A stretch of DNA of 64,000 bases, taken from positions 93,578-157,577 of IMG/VR virus record IMGVR_UViG_3300003323_001324; one strand, 5' to 3'. A program made the translations under genes and the position numbers. Below are positions 17,970-27,363 of this stretch, piece after piece (the stretch's first letter is position 1; every line of letters starts with the position of its first letter). The notes below the pieces were generated by a model. The model was given only the letters and a program-made list of their open reading frames with translations. It was not told the origin of the DNA and ran no database searches. This stretch comes from a virus.

Positions 17970-18641
17970 ATGGCAAGAGACTCCGCCGACAGCTATATCT
18001 ACCGCGTAGGCTCCTCCCCGAACACCCGGGTTGCGATCTCGCAGAAGAACCGCGTGTTCTCTCGCCCCTACACGGTGAACCAGCCGTCGGACAAGCAGAT
18101 CGGCGTCCTGTCGACCTTCGACTACAACGAGTCGCGCGCCATCGACCCCGTCCGCGGCGTCGGCTTCGGCGACAAGATCCAGGAGCTCGTGCCGAACGTG
18201 ACCGAGCCGATGACCGTGACCCTGAACAGGACTCTCCTGTACACGGCCGGCATCATGCAGGAGGTCGGGTACCGCGGCGGCGTCGACGGCCTCGTCCGCT
18301 CGCTGCGCCAGCACCGCTGGCCCTTCGACCTCCGCTCGGAGCTCGTGTTCTCCGAGCTCGTGACGGCCCGCGACTCGGCCGCCGTGCTCGTGAAGACCCC
18401 GGCCACGGACGACCCGAACTACGCCCTCGTGACGTTCTTCGAGGCGTGCTGGCTCAACTCCATCTCGGCGAGCTTCCCGTCCGACTCGGCGATCGTCATG
18501 GAGGACGCCTCGGCGACCTGCACCGACGTGACCGACGGCTCGAGCTTCTACGGCAACGGCCCCGACAACTACGGCCCGCAGCTCGACTCGGGGAACAATC
18601 CCATACTCAAGCCCGGCAGCGGATCTCGTTTGTACGGATGA
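17970..18641 (+). CDS. Tail tube protein
   Basis: Size and pattern (IGVLSTFDYNESR...ELVP...TLNR...PFD...FEACWLNS...IVMED) resemble myophage tubes. Lies upstream of the chaperones and tape measure. Confidence 0.7.
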   Translation: MARDSADSYIYRVGSSPNTRVAISQKNRVFSRPYTVNQPSDKQIGVLSTFDYNESRAIDPVRGVGFGDKIQELVPNVTEPMTVTLNRTLLYTAGIMQEVGYRGGVDGLVRSLRQHRWPFDLRSELVFSELVTARDSAAVLVKTPATDDPNYALVTFFEACWLNSISASFPSDSAIVMEDASATCTDVTDGSSFYGNGPDNYGPQLDSGNNPILKPGSGSRLYG

Positions 18642-18688
18642 CGCAACGCGTCATGAATTGAGACTGGTAGCTGAGCCTCGGGGGCCTG

Positions 18689-18708
18689 CGGAGGTCCTCG
18701 GACCTCCG
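18689..18708 (+). terminator. Hairpin after the tail tube gene
   Basis: CGGAGGTC-CTCG-GACCTCCG, a perfect 8-bp stem. Confidence 0.5.
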
Positions 18709-18722
18709 GCGTACCTTCCGGC

Positions 18723-19061
18723 ATGAAGGTCATCTTCGTCGCCGGCGCGTACAGCGGCGCCAACGCCTGGGAGGTGGAGCGGAACGTCCGCGTCTGCGAG
18801 GAGGCGTCCCTGCTCGTCTCCCGGCTCAACGGCGTGCCCATCTGCCTGAACGTCATGGGCAGGTTCTGGAACGGGACCCTCCCCTACGACCACTGGATAG
18901 AGGCCGCCAAGGTCCTCATACTGAGGTCGGACGCCGTCTTCCTGTCCTCCGGCTGGCAGGTGTCCTCCGGCGTGCCGAAGGAGATAGCCTTCTCCGAGGC
19001 GAACAACAGGCCCGTCCTCTACACGGAGGCCGAGCTACGGGACTACCTGGCCGCCGCCTGA
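18723..19061 (+). CDS. DUF4406/DUF1937-like (nucleoside deoxyribosyltransferase-fold) protein
   Basis: IFVAGAYS...RSDAVFLSSGWQVSSGVPKE...PV pattern. Confidence 0.65.
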   Translation: MKVIFVAGAYSGANAWEVERNVRVCEEASLLVSRLNGVPICLNVMGRFWNGTLPYDHWIEAAKVLILRSDAVFLSSGWQVSSGVPKEIAFSEANNRPVLYTEAELRDYLAAA

Positions 19062-19085
19062 CCCGCCGCCCGGTACCGTCCGGGC

Positions 19086-20126
19086 ATGAGCGATGACGAC
19101 ATTATCGCGGAGATAGACCGCGAGCTCTCCAACGTCAACCTCGACAAGTGCTGGAAGAAGCAGATCGGGGACCTGAACCTCTGGTTCTCGACGGTCAGCT
19201 ACGAGCACTCCAACCTGGCGAAGAAGAGCCTCAAGGAGGAGTTCGGGCTCGAGGAGACGAAGCGCGTCACCCTGTCCGCGGCCATCGTCGGGTTCGGCGA
19301 GACCGACCTCCGGGAGTACCGGATAACCGGGAAGAAGTTCAAGGTCAAGGGCAAGGACGGCAAGCAGGTCTTCCTCAGCCTCCAGGAGTTCATCTACTCT
19401 CGGATCGCCAACTGGGACGCGGAGTTCGTGGACCTCGCCTACGACGTCTTCGCCGACCTCATGGCCTCCCACAACAAGGACCTCTCCAAGAACATCGTCT
19501 TCGAGAACGCCCGCACTCCCCTGGAGGAGCTGGAGGAGCTGGAGGAGCGCGCCGCGGACATGCGGCGTACCCTCGGCCTTCCTCCCCTGGTCGAGGCGCA
19601 GCGCCTCGCCGACGCGGTCGAGGAGGCCTCGCAGGAAGCTCCCCCGGAGGAGGAGCCCGTCCGGGACGAGGCTCCCGCCCCGTCCGCGGCCGACGTGGAC
19701 TACGAGGGCGCGGAGGAGGACTTCGACCCCTTCCAGGCCGTCAAGCGCGGAGCTGCGAGGGTCGCCCGTCCCGCCGAGCCCGCGGCCTCGGATCCGGATC
19801 CGGAGCCCGTCCGCCCGCCCCGCGAGGACGTGTCCGCCATGTCGGACGACGAGGAGCTCCCGTTCCCGAAGGCCGGGGCGTCGGTCCCCGTCCCGACCCC
19901 TCCCCCGGCGGAGCCCCGCACCCCGAGCGCCATCGAGTCCGCGATGGCCGCCCGCTCTCGCAGCACTCCCCTCGCCCCTGGCGTCCCGACCCACGTCGCC
20001 CAGCCTTCGGTCCCCTCCGAGGTCATCGAGAAGCCGGCGGCCGTGCAGGTCGTCCAGCCTCCCCGCTTCGATCCGAAGGCCTCCGCCCAGAGCCGTAACC
20101 CGAGGTTTCGCCGCACCGCGCCATGA
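19086..20126 (+). CDS. Putative tail assembly chaperone with a Pro/acidic low-complexity tail
   Basis: Position between tube and tape measure. ATGA overlap with the next gene. Confidence 0.5.
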   Translation: MSDDDIIAEIDRELSNVNLDKCWKKQIGDLNLWFSTVSYEHSNLAKKSLKEEFGLEETKRVTLSAAIVGFGETDLREYRITGKKFKVKGKDGKQVFLSLQEFIYSRIANWDAEFVDLAYDVFADLMASHNKDLSKNIVFENARTPLEELEELEERAADMRRTLGLPPLVEAQRLADAVEEASQEAPPEEEPVRDEAPAPSAADVDYEGAEEDFDPFQAVKRGAARVARPAEPAASDPDPEPVRPPREDVSAMSDDEELPFPKAGASVPVPTPPPAEPRTPSAIESAMAARSRSTPLAPGVPTHVAQPSVPSEVIEKPAAVQVVQPPRFDPKASAQSRNPRFRRTAP

Positions 20127-21283
20127 GCGCCGACGCGGCCCCCGAGCGCGTCCGGATAAGCCTTCCCGACGCGTACAAGCCGGTCGACGAGGAGGTCTGG
20201 GTCGACCTCGAGGCCTACCTGTACCAGGGGTTCCTGACGTGCTCCGCCCACATCGTGGGCAAGACGTTCGTCTTCAAGACCATCAACCACCACGAGCTCC
20301 GCTATATCGGTTACCTCAAGCCGATGAAGACCTCCCCGGTCGAGGTCAAGGAGGCTCACCGGGCGGCGCTCATCGCCAGCAGCGTCTTCATGGTCGACGG
20401 GGAGAACCTGCTCCCGGACCGACACCGTAAGACCGCGCGCCTCTCCCGGGTCGTCCGTAGGCTCCCCTCGGGCGTCCAGGACACCATAGTCCAGAGCCTC
20501 GCGGCCCTGAACGAGAAGGCGGCCCGCCTCCGGCCTCTCGTCGAGATCTTCGTCCACGAGAACCGATCCAGGTACCGCTGGATGCACACCTCCGGGGCCC
20601 CCGTCCACTCCCCCTCCAACACCGGCGTGGCCGGGACGGACGAGCTCGGGATGAACTACTGTCAGCAGGCCTGGACGAGCCTGAACCGCCTCATGGACTC
20701 CCGGGAGGCCATGGAGCGCGACTGGACGAACGCCAAGTTCATCGGGTCCTGCTTCGCCGGGAAGGGGGTCCGCTCCATCGACGAGAAGGACCGGGCTCGC
20801 GCCGCGCGCGAGAAGGCCGAGCTCGAGGAGCTCAAGATGAAGGTCCTCTACGGCTACCTGAACCGGTCCGGCGCGGAGCAGAAGGAGGCCGAGATCGTCC
20901 TTCCGGACGGCAGGAAGGCGACCGTCGTCGGCCGCTTCCGGGCCGACTCGGCTGAGGAGCTGCGGGCCCAGATGGAGGCCGCCCTCTCGGAGGAGAAGGA
21001 CCATCACGACCTTGTCGTCGAGCAGCAGATAGCCCGTGCCCGGGCCCGCGCCGCCTCCATCGAGGACTCTCGGCAGAGCATATACCGCGCCCCCGTCTTC
21101 TCCGACGGCGTCCCCGTCTCCGGTTCCTCCAGGGTCCTCGGGGGTCGCGAGGAGGCCGAGGCCCTGCTGGCCCGCATCAGGGCCCTCCAGTCCCAGCAGA
21201 TGTCGTCCCACGCCCGCAAGATCCAGGGTGAAGAGAGCTCCGATGAGCCTACTGTGGACGGAGACCTGAATGGCCGCCAGTAA
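20123..21283 (+). CDS. Putative tail assembly chaperone 2
   Basis: Directly precedes and overlaps the tape measure gene. FVFKTIN..E pattern. Confidence 0.5.
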   Translation: MSADAAPERVRISLPDAYKPVDEEVWVDLEAYLYQGFLTCSAHIVGKTFVFKTINHHELRYIGYLKPMKTSPVEVKEAHRAALIASSVFMVDGENLLPDRHRKTARLSRVVRRLPSGVQDTIVQSLAALNEKAARLRPLVEIFVHENRSRYRWMHTSGAPVHSPSNTGVAGTDELGMNYCQQAWTSLNRLMDSREAMERDWTNAKFIGSCFAGKGVRSIDEKDRARAAREKAELEELKMKVLYGYLNRSGAEQKEAEIVLPDGRKATVVGRFRADSAEELRAQMEAALSEEKDHHDLVVEQQIARARARAASIEDSRQSIYRAPVFSDGVPVSGSSRVLGGREEAEALLARIRALQSQQMSSHARKIQGEESSDEPTVDGDLNGRQ

Positions 21284-24200
21284 AGAGACCATCACGACGA
21301 AGGTCCTCGTCAAGCCCGAGTGGGACAAGCCCGCGCTCAAGAAGATGGAGCGGGAGTTCGGGAAGACGCAGAAGAAGCTGGCGTCGATGAAGATGGACTG
21401 GGGCTCCATCTCCAAGAGCTCCGGCTCTGCCGTCCGGGAGGTGGCCAAGATCGCCGCGGCCGCCAAGGCCATGTCCGGCGAGCTCTCCGCCGCGACCAAG
21501 GAGTCCGTCAAGAACATGGCGGCCCTCGCCAAGCAGCTCCAGGAGGCCAAGAAGAAGGCCGAGGAGCTCAAGCGCAAGGCGGCCTCGGCCGGCTCCGCCG
21601 ACGAGCGCGCGCAGGCGGAGGTCGGGGCCTCCGCCGCCGAGAAGGAGATGGCGGACCTGACCCGCCAGCTCCGCGAGAACCGGAAGTTCGAGCGCCAGAA
21701 CCTGAACGAGATCAAGCAGGTCATCAAGGCCCGCAAGCAGGAGCGCGACCAGCTCCGTAAGGCCGCCAACTACTCGGGCAAGGACTTCCAGAAGGAGATA
21801 GGGGCCTCCGTCGGGAAGGCCTTCGGCGGCATGAAGTCGGGCGGCCTGCGCGGCATCCTCGGCGCCGCCGGCTCCGTCCGCCACGCCGTGCGCGCCGGCG
21901 GGAAGATGTCCCAGGCGGCCTCCGCCCGCGCCGCCCTCGGCGAGGGGAGCTCCGTCGTCGCCGGGCTCGCCAAGCTCGCCCCCGTCCTCGGGGGCCTCAC
22001 CGTCGGGTTCGCCGCCTTCCTCGGCTTCGTCGCCAAGGCCTCCTCCGCCATAACCGGCATGAACAAGGCCCTGATCGAGGGCGCGGGGACGGCCAACGAC
22101 TTCACGACGAAGGCTGGCGCCTACACCGAGGCCATCGACGACCTGCGCAAGGGCGCCAAGGACGCGACCGGGCACCTCCTGACGATGGGCGGCTCCGTCG
22201 AGAAGACCGCCGGCATCATCAACTCCTACATGAGGGAGGCCTCCGGGTCCGTCGTCAAGACCCGCGACGCCATGATGACGCTCGGCAAGGGCGACACCGC
22301 GAAGGGTGTGGAGGTCCTCGCGAAGAACGCGATGATGTACGGGAAGGCCCTCGGGATGGAGGCGAACGACGTCGCCGCCATGATGGGCAAGCTCGAGAAC
22401 GAGGTCGGCCTCGGCGCGGACCAGGTCCAGAAGTCGATGGAGAACATCGTGAAGGCGGCCGCCACGTCCGGCATGCCGGTGTCCAAGTTCATGGGCATCT
22501 TCCACGACACCATCCCGTCCCTCGAGCTCTACACCAACCGAATGGAGGAGCTGTCCGGCGTCATCAAGATGCTCTCCAAGAACATGTCCGCCGCCGACGT
22601 GAAGCGGTACATGGACGCGTTCGGGAAGGGCTTCAAGGGGATGTCGTTCGAGGAGCGCGTGAAGCACACGCTCGTCGCGGGGGTCGACACCACGAACAAG
22701 ATCCTCAAGGACGGGTTCCTCAAGAAGGCCGACGTCATCGGCGAGGCCCTGGGCCCCGAGCTCGGGGACAAGTTCGTCGCCGCCTTCAAGAAGGGCGACA
22801 AGGCCGCCATGAACGACATCCTGACCCAGGCCAAGGCCTCGGGCGCGCAGGCGTCGACCATCGGCGAGGCCCAGAAGCTCATGGGGGCGGACGAGGACCG
22901 CCGCAGGGGCGGGGCTCTCGGCGTGGCCTCGGCCACCAAGGGCGCCTCCATGCGCGACACGATGAAGCTCTTCGAGGCGGAGCTCACCCGGATCACGGGC
23001 CACGTCGCCGGCCAGCGCGTCTCCGGCATCAACGAGCACGTTGCCGAGTCCCGCGGCATGTCCTCCGACATGATCGAGGCCCTCAACCAGTACAACTCGT
23101 CGATGGACCTCTACATGAAGTCCCTGCACGAGTACGGGACGACGGTCAGCAAGTCCATGGACTCCGCCCTCCGCGGCATCCTCCAGAAGCGGATGGGAAA
23201 GCAGGAGATCACGGCCGAGGACATGGCCAAGGCCTCGCGCGACGAGATAGAGCAGGCCGCCGAGCTCTCCAACAAGGACGAGAAGGTCCAGCAGACCGCC
23301 ATGGACCTCCAGCGCGAGAACACCGACGCGACGATGTCGCTCGGCGAGAAGCTCGACAACGTCATCTCCTACATCCTGGAGCAGATCTACGAGAAGGTCT
23401 CGGGCATCCTGAAGGTCGTCTCCGACATCTTCAACGGCATGCTCGACTGGTGGAGCGGCGACTCCAAGAAGACGGCGGCCAAGGCCGCCATCGACAAGTG
23501 GAACATCAAGGGCTACGGCGCCGGGGGCCAGGAGTCCTTCAAGAACTACAAGGAGCAGCTCAAGGGCGGGGTCGAGCAGGGCAAGAGCGGCGTGGCCCTC
23601 GCCAACACGGCGGGCGACTACTACAAGTCGCAGTACGACAAGATGATAGCCGAGGGCAAGGAGTCCTGGGCGAAGGCCAACTCCGCGACGGACCCGGCGG
23701 AGCGCAAGCGGTACGCGGAGGAGGGGAAGCGCTCGGACGAGGCGGCGGTCGCCCTGAAGGAGGCCCTGCGCTCGAACATCGAGAAGATGCTGTCCTCCCG
23801 CAAGATGCACCCCGCCCAGCAGGCGAACCTGATGAAGGGCGTGACGGAGGCCCTGGACCAGGGGAAGTTCGGCAAGGCCATGGAGACCGTCGCCGCCTAC
23901 AGCGGCAAGGGCGACGCGGACGCCCTTCTCGAGTTCGGCCAGAACGTGCTGCCGAAGGCCATCACGGAGGCCGACAAGCGGGCGGGGGACCAGGGCGGCC
24001 CCGGCCAGATGCGCCGGGCCGGGACCTCGCAGGCCGAGATCCACAAGTTCCAGAAGGACAAGGAGGTGGCCGACGAGGTCTCGGACACCGTCTCCAACCT
24101 CCAGCGCATCAACGCCAAGTCCGCAGACGCCGCCGCCTCGATGGCGGACGCGGCGAAGGAGACGGCCAAGCCCTCCCCGGCCGCCGTCCCCGGCCAGGCC

Positions 24201-24842
24201 CCGCCCGGCCAGCCTGCGCGCTCGGGGGACTCCCTCCGCGCCTCCGAGTCCGCCCACAAGGAGGCGGTCAACACGCAGAAGGACGGGACGGACGCCGTCA
24301 CGAAGGCGACCGACGACGTCTACGAGGGCGTGCACGACGTAGCCTCCGTCCTCAAGCGCGGCATCAGGTACGAGCCCGGCTTCCTGAACGGCCAGTACTC
24401 CAAGGTCATCCGCGACAGCACCCTCACGTCCTTCAAGGACGCCCTGCTCGAGTTCGGCATCCTCCAGGCCAAGATGCAGGAGTCGCCCGCCATCCGCCGC
24501 ATGATGGCCGACTACGCGTACGGCGTCGGCGTCCAGGGCGGGTCGGCCATGGGGACCCTCGCCACGATGGACACGAACGTCTCGAGCCCGAACGAGGCCT
24601 GGAAGTCCTTCGACGAGAAGACCAAGGGCAGCAAGCAGGTCGGAGGGCCCATCCCCGACACCGGGAACTACCGTCTCCACCGCGGCGAGTATGTGGTGCC
24701 GGCCCTCCCGGCGAACGACACCGGGCGCGAGCGCGGCGGGACCGTGAACGCGACCGTCAACATCAACGGCTCCGGCCTTACCCAGAAGCAGCTCGAGGGC
24801 GCCGTCTTCAACGCGATGGACAAGCTCGCCCGGAGGCCCTGA
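21270..24842 (+). CDS. Tail tape measure protein
   Basis: 1190 aa, Ala/Lys/Met-rich and helical, with a hydrophobic segment and C-terminal GG.I..TG.Y.LHRGEYVVP. Canonical position. Confidence 0.8.
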   Translation: MAASKETITTKVLVKPEWDKPALKKMEREFGKTQKKLASMKMDWGSISKSSGSAVREVAKIAAAAKAMSGELSAATKESVKNMAALAKQLQEAKKKAEELKRKAASAGSADERAQAEVGASAAEKEMADLTRQLRENRKFERQNLNEIKQVIKARKQERDQLRKAANYSGKDFQKEIGASVGKAFGGMKSGGLRGILGAAGSVRHAVRAGGKMSQAASARAALGEGSSVVAGLAKLAPVLGGLTVGFAAFLGFVAKASSAITGMNKALIEGAGTANDFTTKAGAYTEAIDDLRKGAKDATGHLLTMGGSVEKTAGIINSYMREASGSVVKTRDAMMTLGKGDTAKGVEVLAKNAMMYGKALGMEANDVAAMMGKLENEVGLGADQVQKSMENIVKAAATSGMPVSKFMGIFHDTIPSLELYTNRMEELSGVIKMLSKNMSAADVKRYMDAFGKGFKGMSFEERVKHTLVAGVDTTNKILKDGFLKKADVIGEALGPELGDKFVAAFKKGDKAAMNDILTQAKASGAQASTIGEAQKLMGADEDRRRGGALGVASATKGASMRDTMKLFEAELTRITGHVAGQRVSGINEHVAESRGMSSDMIEALNQYNSSMDLYMKSLHEYGTTVSKSMDSALRGILQKRMGKQEITAEDMAKASRDEIEQAAELSNKDEKVQQTAMDLQRENTDATMSLGEKLDNVISYILEQIYEKVSGILKVVSDIFNGMLDWWSGDSKKTAAKAAIDKWNIKGYGAGGQESFKNYKEQLKGGVEQGKSGVALANTAGDYYKSQYDKMIAEGKESWAKANSATDPAERKRYAEEGKRSDEAAVALKEALRSNIEKMLSSRKMHPAQQANLMKGVTEALDQGKFGKAMETVAAYSGKGDADALLEFGQNVLPKAITEADKRAGDQGGPGQMRRAGTSQAEIHKFQKDKEVADEVSDTVSNLQRINAKSADAAASMADAAKETAKPSPAAVPGQAPPGQPARSGDSLRASESAHKEAVNTQKDGTDAVTKATDDVYEGVHDVASVLKRGIRYEPGFLNGQYSKVIRDSTLTSFKDALLEFGILQAKMQESPAIRRMMADYAYGVGVQGGSAMGTLATMDTNVSSPNEAWKSFDEKTKGSKQVGGPIPDTGNYRLHRGEYVVPALPANDTGRERGGTVNATVNINGSGLTQKQLEGAVFNAMDKLARRP

Positions 24843-25639
24843 TGCCCGTCGAGATGCCGAGCGTCAAGAACCCGGCGCAGGCCGACGCGCTCACCGCCCA
24901 GGTCAAGCGCGGCGGGCGGCCGTTCCTGTTCCAGATCACGGACCCGATGCGCCAGCCGCTCTACCCCTACCTCCTGGCGCTGCACGTCAACCCGTCGGAG
25001 CTCTCGGAGAACTTCCAGAAGAGCAAGAACCAGGTGATGACGGTGGGCGGGTACGTGGAGTTCAATTGGCCGGACGAGCTCGACACCCTCTCGGCCCAGT
25101 CCAGCACGGGGGCGTTCCTCGGCCCCGGCGTGGGCCTCACCGCCGGCTCGGACGACACGGCCGGGAGCCAGGGCCAGCCGTCCTTCGCCCGCGGCGGCAA
25201 GGGCCGCCACGCGACCATGGCCTGGGAGAGGCAGCAGGACCTCCTCGAGCTCTTCCATAACAACGGCGTCATCTACGACGGGAACGGCCTCCCGGCCCTC
25301 CGGGGCCGCGTCATGGCCATCTACGACCGCGGCATCTACTTCGGCCACTTCACGAGGTTCGAGGTCAAGGAGACCGACGAGAAGGCCTTCGCCTTCGACC
25401 TCAGCTGGGAGTTCGCCGTGGAGGAGTCCCTCTACACCTTCCCTGGCTCGACGAGCCGCGTCGTGTTCCCGAGCCAGCGCGGCGTCGCCCCGTCCCCCTC
25501 CCCGAGCCAGAGCGAGGCGGACCTCCTGTCCGGGAGCGGGGACTTCGCCCAGAACGGGCCCGCGGTCGCCCCGTCCCCGCAGACCGCGGACGACGTCATC
25601 AACGCCGCGCTCTTCCCGGGCGTCGGGGGAGGCGGCTGA
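24842..25639 (+). CDS. Baseplate/tube-initiator (tube-fold) protein
   Basis: TGATG-coupled to the tape measure gene. LHVNPSEL...YFGHFTRFEV.E......F..SWEF motif. Confidence 0.6.
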   Translation: MPVEMPSVKNPAQADALTAQVKRGGRPFLFQITDPMRQPLYPYLLALHVNPSELSENFQKSKNQVMTVGGYVEFNWPDELDTLSAQSSTGAFLGPGVGLTAGSDDTAGSQGQPSFARGGKGRHATMAWERQQDLLELFHNNGVIYDGNGLPALRGRVMAIYDRGIYFGHFTRFEVKETDEKAFAFDLSWEFAVEESLYTFPGSTSRVVFPSQRGVAPSPSPSQSEADLLSGSGDFAQNGPAVAPSPQTADDVINAALFPGVGGGG

Positions 25640-27363
25640 TGGCGATACCCAAGGTCGTCGCCGAGAAGTTCGCCTACCCTCTGACGAACGTCCTTTCCCA
25701 GATGGAGAGGCTCGTCATGCCCCGCGGCTTCGGCCTCGCCGCCCCGGGCGACGTCACGACCGGCGTCTACGGCAGCGCCATGCCCGCGCGCCGCAACTTC
25801 AAGCCGTTCATCGTCGGCCTCATCCCTCCCGACGTCCCGGTCGACTTCCTTCCCTACAAGCGGGTCCAGACGACCCTGACCGAGTACGAGGTCGCCCCTC
25901 CCCCGGCGAGCTCCGGCCCTCCCATCAAGAAGGCCGACGGCAAGCCCCTGAACAACACCCGGTTCCAGGCCAGCAACGCCGGCCTCCAGGCGAGGACGAG
26001 GACCGAGGTCAACATCGCCGAGCTGCGGCAGAAGATACGCGACGCCTACGCGGACGGCAGGTACGGGGCCGGCGTCGTCCCGACCGAGGCCACCATCAAC
26101 CTCATCGCCTCCCAGATCTTCAAGGAGTCGGGGCGCGTCCCCGGCTCGAGCTCCTTCAGGACCTACAACTACAACCTCGGCTATAGCCTGGCCCCCGGCG
26201 CGAAGCGCGGGACCTACGCCCCAGGTTCCGCGAACCTGAAGGACAGGCAGGCCCAGTTCGGGAAGGGCTCCGAGAACAGCCCCGAGTCGGGCATCGTCGA
26301 CGCCCCGAAGGAGCCCGGCGGCGGGACCTACTACCTCAGCGTCGACTACGACGGGAACAACAACGCGTTCCCCATGTACTACAAGGGCAACGTCTCCCTG
26401 GACGAGGCCGTCAACTACCACGTCAACCTCCTCGTCAGGGCCTACCCCGACGCCGCCGTCGCCCAGACCCCGCAGGAGTACACGGACGGCCTCCTGAACG
26501 GCGTGGGGGGCCGCAAGTACTTCCAGGCCTCCCCCAAGGTCTATCAGGACGGCCTGACCATGCACTACAACGCCCTGAGCGCCGAGGTGGCCGCCGGGCG
26601 CCACGGCGGCAACATCGGGGCGGACTCGGGCCCCCCGAAGGACCCGAACGTCAGCGAGACCGCCGACGCCGAGGAGGCCCAGGTCCGGGGCTCCATCATG
26701 ACCACCGGGTCGACCCAGCTCGAGTCGGACGCCGCGGGCGACCGCATAGGGAAGCTGGTCGAGTTCGACGCCTCCCGCCTGGAGATCACGCGCCTGCAGA
26801 CCGACGCCCTCCGGCGCCAGATAGAGGCCGTCCGGGCCGTCCCCGGCCTCCTCATGATGGTGAACCCGAGCGAGTTCACCCTCAGCTTCGAGCCGACCGT
26901 CGACAACACCGTCAAGGGCCGGAACGGGAACATCGTCCACGTCTGGCTCGAGAAGCCCGTGGAGCTCTCCTGCTCGGGCGTCACCGCCGGCCAGTACGTC
27001 GTCGACTCCTCCGGGAACGGGGGCATCACGGGCGAGCTCCGCACCTTCAGCGCGAGCCACCAGAACCTGCTCTCCCTCCTCGCGATCTACAAGACGAACG
27101 GCATCATCTTCTCCGGCCCGGAGGCCCCCGCGAACCAGGGGGTGGCCGAGCTCGGGTACAGCGTCTTCATCTACTTCGACAACTTCCTCTACGTCGGCTC
27201 CTTCACCTCGTTCGAGATAACCGACTCCGACATGAAGCCCCACAACATGGCGTACAGCTACCGCTTTAGCGTCAGATACTACTTCGAGGTCGGGAACGAC
27301 GGGAGGTTCACGGACTTCGAGGTCGGCGTCAACGGCGGGTTCCGCCCGGCGGTGGGCCAGTGA
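25639..27363 (+). CDS. Baseplate tube-fold protein with an internal GH73/glucosaminidase-like domain
   Basis: C-terminal MVNPSEF...YVGSFTSFEI is paralogous to the upstream gene. Central SQIFKESG...NYNLG...SLDEAVNYH..LL..Y...YFQASPKVY. Confidence 0.6.
   Translation: MAIPKVVAEKFAYPLTNVLSQMERLVMPRGFGLAAPGDVTTGVYGSAMPARRNFKPFIVGLIPPDVPVDFLPYKRVQTTLTEYEVAPPPASSGPPIKKADGKPLNNTRFQASNAGLQARTRTEVNIAELRQKIRDAYADGRYGAGVVPTEATINLIASQIFKESGRVPGSSSFRTYNYNLGYSLAPGAKRGTYAPGSANLKDRQAQFGKGSENSPESGIVDAPKEPGGGTYYLSVDYDGNNNAFPMYYKGNVSLDEAVNYHVNLLVRAYPDAAVAQTPQEYTDGLLNGVGGRKYFQASPKVYQDGLTMHYNALSAEVAAGRHGGNIGADSGPPKDPNVSETADAEEAQVRGSIMTTGSTQLESDAAGDRIGKLVEFDASRLEITRLQTDALRRQIEAVRAVPGLLMMVNPSEFTLSFEPTVDNTVKGRNGNIVHVWLEKPVELSCSGVTAGQYVVDSSGNGGITGELRTFSASHQNLLSLLAIYKTNGIIFSGPEAPANQGVAELGYSVFIYFDNFLYVGSFTSFEITDSDMKPHNMAYSYRFSVRYYFEVGNDGRFTDFEVGVNGGFRPAVGQ

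Noticed and set aside
19086-21283. Lambda G/GT-type programmed frameshift in the tail chaperones
   Set aside because: The two ORFs have separate starts with an ATGA overlap, and no obvious slippery heptamer was seen at the junction.
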